NCBI GenBank assembly: GCA_964509355.1
Contig: CAZDYH010000005.1
Location: forward strand, 3,305 to 37,129
DNA from: an uncultured Mycobacterium sp.
GTDB lineage: Bacteria > Actinomycetota > Actinomycetes > Mycobacteriales > Mycobacteriaceae
Length of the DNA stretch: 33,825 nucleotides
Reading direction: 5' to 3'
Of the stretch, positions 1 through 12,683 are shown one piece after another. The stretch's first letter is position 1. Each line of letters starts with the position of its first letter. The translations under genes were made by a program, and so were the position numbers. Below the pieces are notes generated by a model that worked only from the letters and a program-made list of their open reading frames with translations, had not been told where the DNA came from and searched no databases.

Positions 1-2768
<2,768 letters not shown>

Positions 2769-2769
<1 letters not shown>

Positions 2770-3149
2770 TGGAAGCCATGTCCGTCACGCTCATCATTCT
2801 GGTCGCTGTCTTCTTCGCGTTGATGGGCCTGTACGGACTGGCCCGACCCGAACAGCTGGTAGCGCCCTTCGGTATGGCCGCCGATCGGGTCGACGCGCGT
2901 TCCGAGGTGCGGGCTGTCTACGGGGGCTTCGGGATTGCGGTCGCAGCGGTCCTTGGTCTGGCCGCCGCCGATATCGGAGACGTCAGGTTCGGCGCTTGCA
3001 TCGCGGTGGGCGCCGCGCTGGCCGGGATGGCGTTCGGTCGGTTGGTGTCTGCTGTCATCGAGCGACCGCGGACCTTCTACCCGGTGTGGTTCTACTTTCT
3101 CGTCGAGCTCGTCCTCGCCGGGTTGCTGTTCGTCGCCGTCTGGCTCTGA
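2769..3149 (+). CDS. Small membrane protein, DUF4345-like
   Basis: TAATG overlap with the upstream stop (alternative ATG at 2778). About 4 hydrophobic helices; motifs SEVRAVYGG and GRLVS. Confidence 0.7.
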
Positions 3150-3161
3150 CAGGATGAAGCG

Positions 3162-3848
3162 GTGACTGAACACCGGGCCGTGCGTCACCTGAATCGGCTC
3201 TCCACGCCGCGCGCGGCGGCACTGGCGGGCGTGATCTTCGCGGTGCTGTTCGCCGTGGCGCTGATCCTGATCCGCACCGCACTTCCGGAGCACGCCGAAC
3301 CCGGGTCGCAGTGGGTGACATCCGCCTCCACCAGGGTCCACGTCGCGGCCGTGCTGATGCCGTTCGCGGGTATCAGCTTCCTGTGGTTCATCGGCGTCGT
3401 GCGGGACGGTTTCGGGCAGTTCGAGGACAAGTTCTTTGCGTCGGTGTTTCTGGGCAGCGGGCTGCTGTTCCTGGCGATGACGTTCGTCGCGACTGCGGTG
3501 GGAGCCGCCCTGGTGTCCGGCCACGCTGCTGACTCGGCGCTGCCTGCCGGGGTGACCACGTTCGGGCAGATGCTGCTGCTCACACTGAGCAAGACCTATG
3601 CGCTGCGAATGGCTGCGGTCTTCATGATTTCGCTGGCGACGATCTGGCTCAAGACCGGCCTGATGCCGCGCTGGCTGGTGCTGATCACCTACGCGGTCGC
3701 GCTGGCGTTACTGGCCGCCAGCGACCTCAGCATGTGGATCACGTTGGCCTTCCCGATCTGGGTGCTGGTGGTCAGCCTGCTGCTGCTATTCCGGGCCGGT
3801 GTCATCGACCGGGATCGTGACGGGCACGCCCCGCCGGGGAGGCATTGA
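3162..3848 (+). CDS. Hypothetical integral membrane protein (about 6 TM)
   Basis: 228-aa hydrophobic ORF with motif PFAGISFLWFIGVVRD..GQFEDKFFASVFLGSG. Confidence 0.75.
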   Translation: MTEHRAVRHLNRLSTPRAAALAGVIFAVLFAVALILIRTALPEHAEPGSQWVTSASTRVHVAAVLMPFAGISFLWFIGVVRDGFGQFEDKFFASVFLGSGLLFLAMTFVATAVGAALVSGHAADSALPAGVTTFGQMLLLTLSKTYALRMAAVFMISLATIWLKTGLMPRWLVLITYAVALALLAASDLSMWITLAFPIWVLVVSLLLLFRAGVIDRDRDGHAPPGRH

Positions 3849-5958
3849 GCGTCTCGCCGGCGACTCGCTCCTGCAACGGCTTCCCGGGTTCGATATCGGC
3901 CGGCCACCAGATCCGCGGACCGATCAGGGTGAACAACGCGGGGATCACCACGGTGCGGACCACGAAGGTGTCCAACAGAATTCCCAGGCCGACGATGATG
4001 CCTACCTGCGTCAGAACGATCAGTGGCAGCACCCCGAGCACGCAGAACACCGCAGCCAGCACGATTCCCGCGCTGGTGATCACCGCACCTGTCGCCGATA
4101 CCGCGCGCACGATCCCGTCCCGGGTGCCGTATTTCATCGTCTCCTCACGGGCACGGGTCACCAGGAAGATGGTGTAGTCGACACCCAGAGCGACGAGGAA
4201 CAGGAACGCGAACAGCGGGGTGGCGTTGTCCAGTGCGGGAAACCCGAAAACGTGCACACTCGCCCAGCTGCCCAGGCCCAGTGCCGCCAGTGTGCTCAAC
4301 ACCGTGACGGCCACCAGGATCAGCGGCGCCAGCGCGGCACGAAGCAGCGCATAGAGAACGAGTAGCACGACGGCGAGGATGGCCGGGATCAGGATCAGCC
4401 GGTCGCGGACTGCGGCGTTGCGGGCATCCAGCGCGGAGGCGTCCGATCCACCCACCAATGCTCCGGGATCGACAGCGGTGACCGAATTTCGCAGTGCGTC
4501 AATTGTTGTGAAGGCGTCATCGGATGCCGGCGCCGCGTCGATCACAACGGACCACTGCGACAGGCCGGTCGGTGATTGTCCCGTCTCGGTGGCGGATACC
4601 ACGCCCGGGGTGGCGACGATCGACCGTTGGATGTCGGCGGCCCGCTCGGACGGGGCGATGACGCGGGTCGGGTCGGTGAGGCCGCTGGGGAAATGCGCCG
4701 AGAGAGTTTCGAATCCGCTGACCGAGTCGGCCTTCACCCGGAACTGCTCGGTCTGGGACAGGCCTATGGGGGTGCCCACCAGGCCGGTGGCCAGCAACGC
4801 CAGCGCCGCAATCGCGACAACCGCGACCCGGCCGGCGTGGTGAGCAACCCAGTCGGCGATGCGGTGCCAGGCGCCGGTTCCGGTGATCTCCTCGCCGTCC
4901 GCGCGCGGGACGAACGGCCAGAACAGCCGGCGCCCGAACAGCGCCAGCATGGGTGGCAGGACCAGCAGCACCAGGACGGCCGCGATCACCAGCCCGGAGG
5001 CGGCCTGAACACCCAGACTGCGGGTGCTCGGCGTCGACGCGAACACCAGCGTGAGCAGGGCCAGCACCACCGTCGCGTTGCTGGCCAGGATGGCCGGTCC
5101 GGCGTTGCGCACCGCGATCTGCAACGCATCCCGATGATTGTCCGTCCGCCGCAACTCTTCGCGGTAGCGGGAGATCAGCAGCAGCGCGTAATTGGCGCCC
5201 GCCCCGAACACCAGAACACTGGTGATGCCGGAGCTGGAGCCGTCGGCGCTCATGCCGGTCGCCCTGGCGACGGTGGGGCCCACGGTGGTGGCAACGAAAT
5301 CGGCGAACCCGATGACGGCGAGCGGCACCAGAAACAGCACGGGTGAGCGATAGGTGATGATCAGCAACAGCGCGACCACCAGTGCGGTCACCGCGAGCAG
5401 CGTGATGTTGGCATTGGTGAACGAGTTGGCGATATCGGCGCCGAACGCCGGACCCCCGGTGACCTGCGCGCGCAGATCGCCGGGTAGTCCGTTGGCTGCG
5501 GCATCCCGCAGCGACTTGACGGCATCGTTCAGCGCAAATCCGGAGAGGTCGGCGCTCAACGGCACCGCGGCCACCGCCGCCTGACCGTCGGTCGAGACGG
5601 TCATCGGCGGCGTGAAGCCGCTGACCTGGGCGGCGGCCAGCATGCGTTGCCGCGCCTGCTCTGCGGCGCCCACATCGGCAGCGGTCAGCGCGGAATCATC
5701 GACGCGGGAGATGACCAGGATCGCCGGCACCTGGTCTCCGCCGGGGAACTCGGTCGCGAGTGCAGCGGCTCGCGCCGACTCGGCGGAGGGTGGCACGGAG
5801 ACCGGTGATTGTTCGGCCGAGTCGTCCTTGCCGGCGAGCACTATGACTGCCGCAGACAACGCGAGGACGATGAGAGCCAGCACCCAGGACCCGCGTGCGG
5901 TCAGGGTTCCCGCGAGGCGATCCCATAGCGGCACGCGCGTGGAGACGACACGGTGCAT
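3802..5958 (-). CDS. MMPL/RND family transporter
   Basis: Two MMPL repeats. Motifs VTGGPA, GAGANYALLLISRYREEL, ALGVDYTIFLVTRAREE, TGAVITSAG and LLDTFVVRTVVIP. Confidence 0.92.
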   Translation of the reverse strand: MHRVVSTRVPLWDRLAGTLTARGSWVLALIVLALSAAVIVLAGKDDSAEQSPVSVPPSAESARAAALATEFPGGDQVPAILVISRVDDSALTAADVGAAEQARQRMLAAAQVSGFTPPMTVSTDGQAAVAAVPLSADLSGFALNDAVKSLRDAAANGLPGDLRAQVTGGPAFGADIANSFTNANITLLAVTALVVALLLIITYRSPVLFLVPLAVIGFADFVATTVGPTVARATGMSADGSSSGITSVLVFGAGANYALLLISRYREELRRTDNHRDALQIAVRNAGPAILASNATVVLALLTLVFASTPSTRSLGVQAASGLVIAAVLVLLVLPPMLALFGRRLFWPFVPRADGEEITGTGAWHRIADWVAHHAGRVAVVAIAALALLATGLVGTPIGLSQTEQFRVKADSVSGFETLSAHFPSGLTDPTRVIAPSERAADIQRSIVATPGVVSATETGQSPTGLSQWSVVIDAAPASDDAFTTIDALRNSVTAVDPGALVGGSDASALDARNAAVRDRLILIPAILAVVLLVLYALLRAALAPLILVAVTVLSTLAALGLGSWASVHVFGFPALDNATPLFAFLFLVALGVDYTIFLVTRAREETMKYGTRDGIVRAVSATGAVITSAGIVLAAVFCVLGVLPLIVLTQVGIIVGLGILLDTFVVRTVVIPALFTLIGPRIWWPADIEPGKPLQERVAGETLNASPAGRARHDPGR

Positions 5959-5964
5959 GACAAG

Positions 5965-6003
5965 ATAATTTCAGAAAGTTAATATTTCATCAAGTTAACA
6001 TTT
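5965..6003. promoter_or_regulatory. AT-rich candidate MarR operator / divergent promoter region
   Basis: 16-bp imperfect direct repeat atttcagaaagttaat (5968-5983) / atttcatcaagttaac (5984-5999) between the divergent mmpL and marR genes. Confidence 0.6.
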
Positions 6004-6056
6004 TCGCGGTATCCGGATATGCTGTCCGGACCGCTGCGCCGAAGGAACACCACGCG

Positions 6057-6545
6057 ATGCCCGACCAGAACACCGTCAACCGGGTGGCCCTGGAAGCGCT
6101 GATCACGAATGATGTGCAGGCGCTCTCAGCGGAGTCGGACCAGATCGGCCGGGTCTTCGCCGGTCGGCATGATGTGGGCGCCAATGATTTTCGTGCCCTG
6201 GTCCATATCATGGTCGCCGAGCGCGCCGGGACACCGTTGACGGCGGGGGAGTTGACGCAGCGGATGGGAATGTCCGGCGCGGCGATCACCTATCTCGTCG
6301 AGCGGATGATCGACTCGGGCCACATCCGGCGGGAATCCGACCCCGCCGACCGGCGCAAGGTCATCCTGCGCTACTCCGACCACGGCATTAGCGTGGCGAC
6401 CGCGTTCTTCACCCCGCTGGCCGACCACGCCAGCGCCACGATGGCCGGCCTGCCCGACGACGACCTGGCCGCGGCGCACCGCGTCTTCGGCGCGCTCCTC
6501 GAGGCCATGCGCGCCTTCCAGACCGAGGTGTCGCGGGCCACCTAG
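6057..6545 (+). CDS. MarR family transcriptional regulator
   Basis: Winged HTH motif LTAGELTQRMGMSGAAITYLVERM...DPADRRKV; AAGGA RBS upstream. Confidence 0.93.
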   Translation: MPDQNTVNRVALEALITNDVQALSAESDQIGRVFAGRHDVGANDFRALVHIMVAERAGTPLTAGELTQRMGMSGAAITYLVERMIDSGHIRRESDPADRRKVILRYSDHGISVATAFFTPLADHASATMAGLPDDDLAAAHRVFGALLEAMRAFQTEVSRAT

Positions 6546-6595
6546 TCGACCCCTATCCTTGAGCAGCAGGGAAATCAGAGGGAAGGTGTGAGGCT

Positions 6596-7891
6596 GTGGC
6601 TGAGGGCCTGACCGGCGACACGAATAATCCCGGGCAGCACGAGCAGTCATCGGCCGAGGAACCCGAAATCGAGCGGACGCCCGAACCGGCAGCACGCGGC
6701 CGGATAAAGGTGATGCTGCTGGGTTCAGGAGAGCTGGGCCGGGAGCTGGTACTGGTGTTTCAGCGGCTGGGCGTCGAGGTGATCGCGGTCGACCGCTCCG
6801 CCGACGCCCCGGCCCACACGGTGGCGGACCAGTCGGCCGTGGTGAAGATGACCGATCCCGACGAGTTGGCGGCGCTGATCGGACGGGTGCAGCCACAATT
6901 CGTGGTAACCGCGACGGATGTGGTGGCCGCCGATGCGCTGTTGGCCGCCGCGGAAAGCGGTTTCGCCGAAGTCTTTCCGACCCCGCGCAGCATCCGGCTC
7001 AGCCTCGATCGCGAGGGGTTGCGCAGGCTCGCCGCCGACGAACTCGGTCTGCCGACGGCACCGTTCTGGTTCGCCGGATCGGCCGACGAACTCACCGCGG
7101 TCGCCGAACATGCCGGCTTCCCGCTGGTGGTGAAGCCGGTGGTGGCCGTGCCCGGTCAGGGGCAGTCGGTCTTGTTGCGGACCGACGACATCGAGCCGGC
7201 GTGGCAGCGCGCGATCTCGGCCGGCGGGCGTGTCACGCACAACCGGGTACTGGCCGAGACCGTGGTCGAGGTCGACTACGAGGTCACCCTGCTCACCGTG
7301 CGGGGCAACGGACCGCTCGGACCCGTGCTGGACTTCTGCGAACCGATCGGCCACCGACAGGTCGACGGGGACATGCTGCAGTCTTGGCAGCCGCAGCAGA
7401 TGAGCGGTGCCGCACTGGGCGCTGCCAAGTCGGTCGCCGCGCGCATCGTCAACGCTCTCGGCGGCCGGGGTGTCTTCGGTGTCGAGCTGCTGGTCCGCGG
7501 CGACGAGGTGTACTTCTCCGATGTCACCGTGCGGCCCTACGACAGCGGCCTGGTGACGCTGCGTACGCAGCGGCTCTCTGAGTTCGAGCTGCACGCCAGG
7601 GCGATCCTCGGCCTGCCGGTGGACACCATCATGATCTCCCCGGGCGCCGCCGAGGTGTCCTATGCCGGCACCGAGTCGGCCGACGGGCAGGCCGACAGCC
7701 GGCCGGACCCCGTGGCGGTGCTCGCCGAGGTGCTTGCGGTGCCGGAGAGCGATGTACGGGTGTTCGGACGCCACGAGGGGTCGTCGCGACGCAGGCTGGG
7801 GCTGGCACTGGCCACCGCCCCCGACGTGATGAGCGCGCGCGACCGCGTCCGCCAAGCGTCCAGCGCGTTGCGCAAGCTCTGGCAGTCATGA
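6596..7891 (+). CDS. purT: Formate-dependent phosphoribosylglycinamide formyltransferase (ATP-grasp), divergent
   Basis: Motifs MLLGSGELG, DREGLRRLAA, PIGHRQ..GD, SWQPQ, GVFGVEL and SEFELH. Start codon is uncertain. Confidence 0.9.
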   Translation: MAEGLTGDTNNPGQHEQSSAEEPEIERTPEPAARGRIKVMLLGSGELGRELVLVFQRLGVEVIAVDRSADAPAHTVADQSAVVKMTDPDELAALIGRVQPQFVVTATDVVAADALLAAAESGFAEVFPTPRSIRLSLDREGLRRLAADELGLPTAPFWFAGSADELTAVAEHAGFPLVVKPVVAVPGQGQSVLLRTDDIEPAWQRAISAGGRVTHNRVLAETVVEVDYEVTLLTVRGNGPLGPVLDFCEPIGHRQVDGDMLQSWQPQQMSGAALGAAKSVAARIVNALGGRGVFGVELLVRGDEVYFSDVTVRPYDSGLVTLRTQRLSEFELHARAILGLPVDTIMISPGAAEVSYAGTESADGQADSRPDPVAVLAEVLAVPESDVRVFGRHEGSSRRRLGLALATAPDVMSARDRVRQASSALRKLWQS

Positions 7892-8340
7892 CCGACCCCC
7901 CCAGCGAGGATGCCGGGGACGACGGGTCCACCGCGCTGCCGATTCTGGCCGCGCTGGCGGTCGTTGTGCTCGTCGTGATCGCTATCGTCGTGTCCACGCT
8001 CACCCGTGGTGACGGCCTCACCGAGGACCAGCGGGTCGGACGTGCCGCGGTGGCGCAAAACGATGCACTGCAACGCGGCAGCTACGCCGATTTTCGCAGC
8101 CATACCTGTGCCGCCGTCCAGGGCAGTGAGGCCGATACTCTTGCCCGGCAACGGGATTCGTTCGCCAAGCGCGGGGCGCGTTACGTCGACGACGTGACCG
8201 GGGTGGCCATCGACGGTGACCGCGCCACGGCCACGGTGGTGTACCACTTCGAGAAGACGCCCGATGCCAAGATCAGCGTGCCGGCGACGTTCTCCCGCGA
8301 GGACCGGGAGTGGAAGGTCTGTTCGCCCGGGCCCGGCTAG
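7888..8340 (+). CDS. Membrane-anchored exported protein (Rv0361-like, probable NTF2-like domain)
   Basis: ATGA overlap with purT. One N-terminal TM helix; motifs IDGDRATATV and WKVC; two Cys residues. Confidence 0.65.
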   Translation: MTDPPSEDAGDDGSTALPILAALAVVVLVVIAIVVSTLTRGDGLTEDQRVGRAAVAQNDALQRGSYADFRSHTCAAVQGSEADTLARQRDSFAKRGARYVDDVTGVAIDGDRATATVVYHFEKTPDAKISVPATFSREDREWKVCSPGPG

Positions 8341-8359
8341 GTATGCGAGACTCACGCGC

Positions 8360-8773
8360 GTGAGTTACGCAGGAGATATTTCGCCTGAGCAGGCCTGGAA
8401 GCTGCTCAGCGACAACCCCGAGGCGGTGCTGGTCGATGTGCGCACCGATGCCGAATGGCGCTTCGTCGGCGTGCCCGATATCACGAGCCTGGGCCGGGAG
8501 GTGGTGTACGTCCAGTGGAACCGTTCGGACGGGAAACGCAACGAGAGCTTCGTCGACGACCTGTTGGCGGCGGGCGTCACCCCCGGCGACCGTCCGGTGA
8601 TCTTCCTGTGTCGCTCGGGTAATCGCTCCATACCCGCCGCCGAAGCGGCGACCATGGCGGGCATCGCTCCGTCGTACAACGTGCTCGACGGTTTCGAGGG
8701 TGACCTCGACGAGCACGGACACCGCGGTGCGGTGGGCTGGCGGGCGATCGGGCTGCCCTGGAAGCAGTCATGA
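8360..8773 (+). CDS. Rhodanese-domain sulfurtransferase (Rv0390-like)
   Basis: GTG start (MSYAGDISP). Motifs LVDVRT..EW, active-site loop CRSGNRS, and GFEG. Confidence 0.9.
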   Translation: MSYAGDISPEQAWKLLSDNPEAVLVDVRTDAEWRFVGVPDITSLGREVVYVQWNRSDGKRNESFVDDLLAAGVTPGDRPVIFLCRSGNRSIPAAEAATMAGIAPSYNVLDGFEGDLDEHGHRGAVGWRAIGLPWKQS

Positions 8774-10002
8774 CCGAGCAGCCCGGCGAGAAAACCTCTA
8801 TTCGCACCCCGAAGCCGCTGCCCGACGGCGTCAGTCAGGCCACTATCGGGGTGCGTGGCGGCCTGCTGCGGTCCGGTTTCGAGGAGACCGCCGAGGCGAT
8901 GTACCTGACCTCGGGCTACGTCTACTCCACCGCCGCCGAAGCGGAAAAGGCATTCACCGGCGAGATCGACCGCTATGTGTATTCGCGCTACGGCAACCCC
9001 ACCATCTCGATGTTCGAGGAGCGGCTCCGGCTGATCGAGGGGGCGCCGGCCGCGTTTGCCACGGCGTCGGGCATGGCGGCGGTGTTCACCTCACTGGGTG
9101 CGCTGCTGGGCGCGGGCGACCGGCTGGTCGCCGCGCGCAGTCTGTTCGGCTCGTGCTTCGTGGTGTGTAGCGAGATCCTGCCGCGCTGGGGCGTGGAGGT
9201 GGTGTTCGTCGACGGTGAGGACCTGTCGCAGTGGGAGGAGGCGCTGTCGGTGCCGACCCAAGCGGTGTTCTTCGAGACGCCGTCGAACCCGATGCAGTCA
9301 CTGGTCGACATCGCCGCGGTCAGCGAGCTGGCCCACGGCGCGGGCGCGAAAGTGGTGCTGGACAACATCTTTGCCACGCCGCTACTGCAGCAGGGCTTCC
9401 CGCTCGGCGTGGACGTCGTGGTGTACTCGGGCACCAAGCACATCGACGGGCAGGGCCGCGTGTTGGGCGGGGCGATCCTCGGCGACAAGGAGTACATCGA
9501 TGGGCCGGTGCAGAAGCTGATGCGCCACACCGGCCCGGCGCTGAGCGCGTTCAACGCGTGGGTGCTGCTCAAGGGTCTCGAGACGCTCACGGTGCGGGTC
9601 AACTACAGCACCGATTCGGCGCTGAAGATCGCCGAGTTCCTGGAGGACCACCCGGCCGTGCGCTGGGTGCGTTACCCGTACCTGGCGTCGCATCCGCAGT
9701 ACGACCTGGCCAAACGGCAGATGACCGGCGGCGGCACGGTGGTGACCTTCGAGCTGGAGGCACCTGCGGACGGTGGCAAGCAGCGGGCGTTCGAGGTGCT
9801 CGACAAGCTGCGGCTGATCGACATCTCCAACAACCTCGGTGACGCGAAGTCACTGATCACCCACCCGGCCACCACGACCCACCGCGCCATGGGCCCCGAG
9901 GGACGCGCCGCGATCGGCCTCGGCGACGGCGTGGTCCGGATCTCCGTCGGTCTGGAGGGCACCGAGGATCTGATCGCCGACCTGGATCACGCGCTGAGCT
10001 GA
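8770..10002 (+). CDS. metZ: O-succinylhomoserine sulfhydrylase
   Basis: Motifs YSRYGNPT, SGMAA, ETPSNP, PLP-lysine motif YSGTKHIDG, NNLGDAKS and RISVGLE. ATGA coupling to the rhodanese gene. Confidence 0.95.
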   Translation: MTEQPGEKTSIRTPKPLPDGVSQATIGVRGGLLRSGFEETAEAMYLTSGYVYSTAAEAEKAFTGEIDRYVYSRYGNPTISMFEERLRLIEGAPAAFATASGMAAVFTSLGALLGAGDRLVAARSLFGSCFVVCSEILPRWGVEVVFVDGEDLSQWEEALSVPTQAVFFETPSNPMQSLVDIAAVSELAHGAGAKVVLDNIFATPLLQQGFPLGVDVVVYSGTKHIDGQGRVLGGAILGDKEYIDGPVQKLMRHTGPALSAFNAWVLLKGLETLTVRVNYSTDSALKIAEFLEDHPAVRWVRYPYLASHPQYDLAKRQMTGGGTVVTFELEAPADGGKQRAFEVLDKLRLIDISNNLGDAKSLITHPATTTHRAMGPEGRAAIGLGDGVVRISVGLEGTEDLIADLDHALS

Positions 10003-10052
10003 GCCAGGCGATTCCGCCGTCGCAGTGACACGGACCACGTTATAGTCGGCGC

Positions 10053-12683
10053 GTGATCAGCGGTGAGGCGCTGACCGGGCGAGACAACGAACTGGCGACT
10101 CTTCGCCGCGTGTTGAACGGGGTCGGCAATTACTCCGGCGTGGTCATCGCCGGAGCCGCTGGTGTGGGCAAGACCCGGCTCGCACGCGAGGTGCTGGCCC
10201 AGGCGTCGGGCGCCGGCACCCGCGCCAACTGGATCGTGGGTACCGCTTCGGCTCGGCCGCTTCCCCTCGGGGCGTTCACCGCCTCCATCGGCGAGGTTGC
10301 CTCCGACTCGCCGCCGAGTGTGCGACGGGTCATCAATTCGCTTGTCGCGCAACCACGTCAGGGTCATGCGCTGATCGGAATCGACGACGCCCACCTGCTC
10401 GACGGGTTGTCCGCGCATGTCGTGCACCAGCTGGCGCAGTCCCGGCAGGTGCGCCTGATCGTGACAGTGCGCACTGGCGGCGGCGAGCCCGACGCGGTAA
10501 CCGCCCTGTGGAAGGACGGCCTGCTCGCCCGTCTCGATCTCGAGCCGTTGTCGGCGCAGGCGACGCGCAGCATGATCGAAGGCACGCTCGGCGGACCGGT
10601 GGATGCCCCTAGCGCGCAGCGCTTTTGGAAGCTCACAGGTGGAAACGCGCTCTTCCTTCGCCAGCTGCTGAAGGATCAGATCGCGGTGGGCCGGATGCGA
10701 CAGGTGGCCGGGGTGTGGATGTCGGACGGCGATGTCGCGGTGTCGCAGAACATCAGCGATATGGTCGGTGCCCAGCTGGACCGGCTTTCCCCGGAGCTGA
10801 CATTGGTGGTCGACACCCTTTCGCAGTGCGAACCGCTCGAGGCCGACGTGCTGTCGGACCTGGTGCGCCGCCAAGACATCGAAGTTGCCGAGCAGATGCA
10901 CCTGGTCACCGTCGAGCGCACCGCGGGCAAGCTGATGGTTCGGCTCGCGCACCCGCTGTTCGGCGAGCTCCGGCGAGCGACCGCAGGCGAGATGCACCTC
11001 TCAACGATCCGCGGGGCGCTGGCGCGGCGCCTGGCCAAGGACGTCGACGGCGATATCCAGTCGACCGTGCGCCGGGCACTGCTCACCCTCGACTCGGACC
11101 TGGACCCCGATCCCGGGCTCTACCTGAGCGCGGCACGATATGCGATGACGCTGCTGGACCTCGACCTGGCGGATCGGCTCGCCACCGCCGCGGCCGACTG
11201 TGGCTTGAGCGATGCCGCGTCGATCAAGGCGACGAACATGGTCCTGCAGGGCCGCGGTGACGCGGCCGAGGAGTTTCTGCGCAAGATCACCGGGGACGGC
11301 GACGGTGATCGCCACCTGTGGGCGACCATGCGGGCGGCCAATCTGATCTGGATGCTGGGCCGGCCCAAGGAGGCGTCGGCGATTCTGGACGGCCTCGCCG
11401 CCACGGCGGAATCCAGCGCCGAGCGTGCGGCGCGTGCGGCCGTGGAGGCATGTGTGGATGTGGTGTCAGCCCGCTGCGCGGACGCTGAGAGCAAGGCCCG
11501 CGATGCGCTGGAATCCGGAACGCTTTCGGACTTTCACGCGATGATGGCCTCGGCGGCACTGGAGATGGCGCTGGGCGCGCTCGGCGACGTTCATGACGCC
11601 GCTGCGGTGGCCATCGAGGCACTCGACCGTGCCGCGAAGTCGTTTCAGACATCGCATATGCGGTTCTGGTTCGGCGGGGTGTACGCCCGTGCCTGCCGGC
11701 TGACCGGCCGCATCGATGACTGCCTGAGATCCGCTGAAGAACTGGCCCGCCTCGCCGAGGATGCTCCCGGCCTCGCCTACGCCAATCTGGTGTTCCTGAT
11801 GGGGCACGCCGATCTGGTGCGCGGCGAACTCCCCAGCGCAGTGAAGCTTCTGCACGAGGCGCTTGCCGGTGTCGAGAAGCACTCTGTCACAACGGGTTTG
11901 CGACCGGCGTGTTGCTTCGCACTCGCCGAGGCACACGCCAAACTGGGGGAGGCGAAGGCCGCGGCGTCGGTACTGGCCGAAGCCCGGCAGTGTGTGGCTC
12001 CCGAATTTCTGTTCATGCAGACCGGTCTGGCCCTGGCGACCGGTTGGACACTGGCCGCGGGCGGGTCACTGAGCAAGGCCGTCGCTGTCGTGCTCGACGA
12101 AGCCAAGGTCGCCCGCGACCGCGGCCAGCCGACGCACGAGCTCGCCTGCCTGCAAGCTGCGGTCTTGTGGGGGGACACCTCGGTTGCGCAGCGTGCCCGC
12201 GAGTTGGCCGGAGAGTTGTCGCTGCCACTGGCGGATACCGTTGCCGCCCATGCCGACTCGCTGCAGGCTGGTGACGGCGAGGGGCTGCTGGCGGTATCGG
12301 AGGCCTACCAGGCGATCGGGGATCGCAGTTCGGCCGCGGATGCCGCTGCACAGGCCGCCGTTGCGTTCACCGGCGGTCAGTTGCGCCGCCGCGGGCTCTT
12401 CGCCGCCGCGCTGGGCCAGCAGTTGGCCAGGGAGTGCGGCGGACTGTGTACCCCGGCGTTGCGGAGTCCGGTGGCGCCGACGCCGTTGACCGGCCGCCAG
12501 CGCGAGGTCGCCGAATTGGTGGCCGCCGGGCTGTCCAACCGCGAGATCGCCGACCGGCTGGTGACCTCGGTGCGCACCGTCGAAGGCCACCTCTACCGGG
12601 CCTGCCAACGGGTGGGCGCAACCTCGCGCACAGATCTGGCCGCCATCATGCGAGCCGGGCCGGGTTCGTCGTCCCTGCCCTAG
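10053..12683 (+). CDS. Large ATP-binding LuxR-family regulator (LAL/STAND-like)
   Basis: Walker A GAAGVGKT, Walker B IGIDDAH, TGGNALF motif, Ala-rich helical middle, C-terminal LuxR HTH (LTGRQREVA...[17 protein letters not shown]). Confidence 0.92.
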   Translation: MISGEALTGRDNELATLRRVLNGVGNYSGVVIAGAAGVGKTRLAREVLAQASGAGTRANWIVGTASARPLPLGAFTASIGEVASDSPPSVRRVINSLVAQPRQGHALIGIDDAHLLDGLSAHVVHQLAQSRQVRLIVTVRTGGGEPDAVTALWKDGLLARLDLEPLSAQATRSMIEGTLGGPVDAPSAQRFWKLTGGNALFLRQLLKDQIAVGRMRQVAGVWMSDGDVAVSQNISDMVGAQLDRLSPELTLVVDTLSQCEPLEADVLSDLVRRQDIEVAEQMHLVTVERTAGKLMVRLAHPLFGELRRATAGEMHLSTIRGALARRLAKDVDGDIQSTVRRALLTLDSDLDPDPGLYLSAARYAMTLLDLDLADRLATAAADCGLSDAASIKATNMVLQGRGDAAEEFLRKITGDGDGDRHLWATMRAANLIWMLGRPKEASAILDGLAATAESSAERAARAAVEACVDVVSARCADAESKARDALESGTLSDFHAMMASAALEMALGALGDVHDAAAVAIEALDRAAKSFQTSHMRFWFGGVYARACRLTGRIDDCLRSAEELARLAEDAPGLAYANLVFLMGHADLVRGELPSAVKLLHEALAGVEKHSVTTGLRPACCFALAEAHAKLGEAKAAASVLAEARQCVAPEFLFMQTGLALATGWTLAAGGSLSKAVAVVLDEAKVARDRGQPTHELACLQAAVLWGDTSVAQRARELAGELSLPLADTVAAHADSLQAGDGEGLLAVSEAYQAIGDRSSAADAAAQAAVAFTGGQLRRRGLFAAALGQQLARECGGLCTPALRSPVAPTPLTGRQREVAELVAAGLSNREIADRLVTSVRTVEGHLYRACQRVGATSRTDLAAIMRAGPGSSSLP

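Noticed and set aside
3154-3165. Three-codon minigene ATG AAG CGG TGA overlapping the 3162 GTG
   Set aside because: It is too short to distinguish from chance, and is equally explained as part of a CAGGAT -10 element for a leaderless start.
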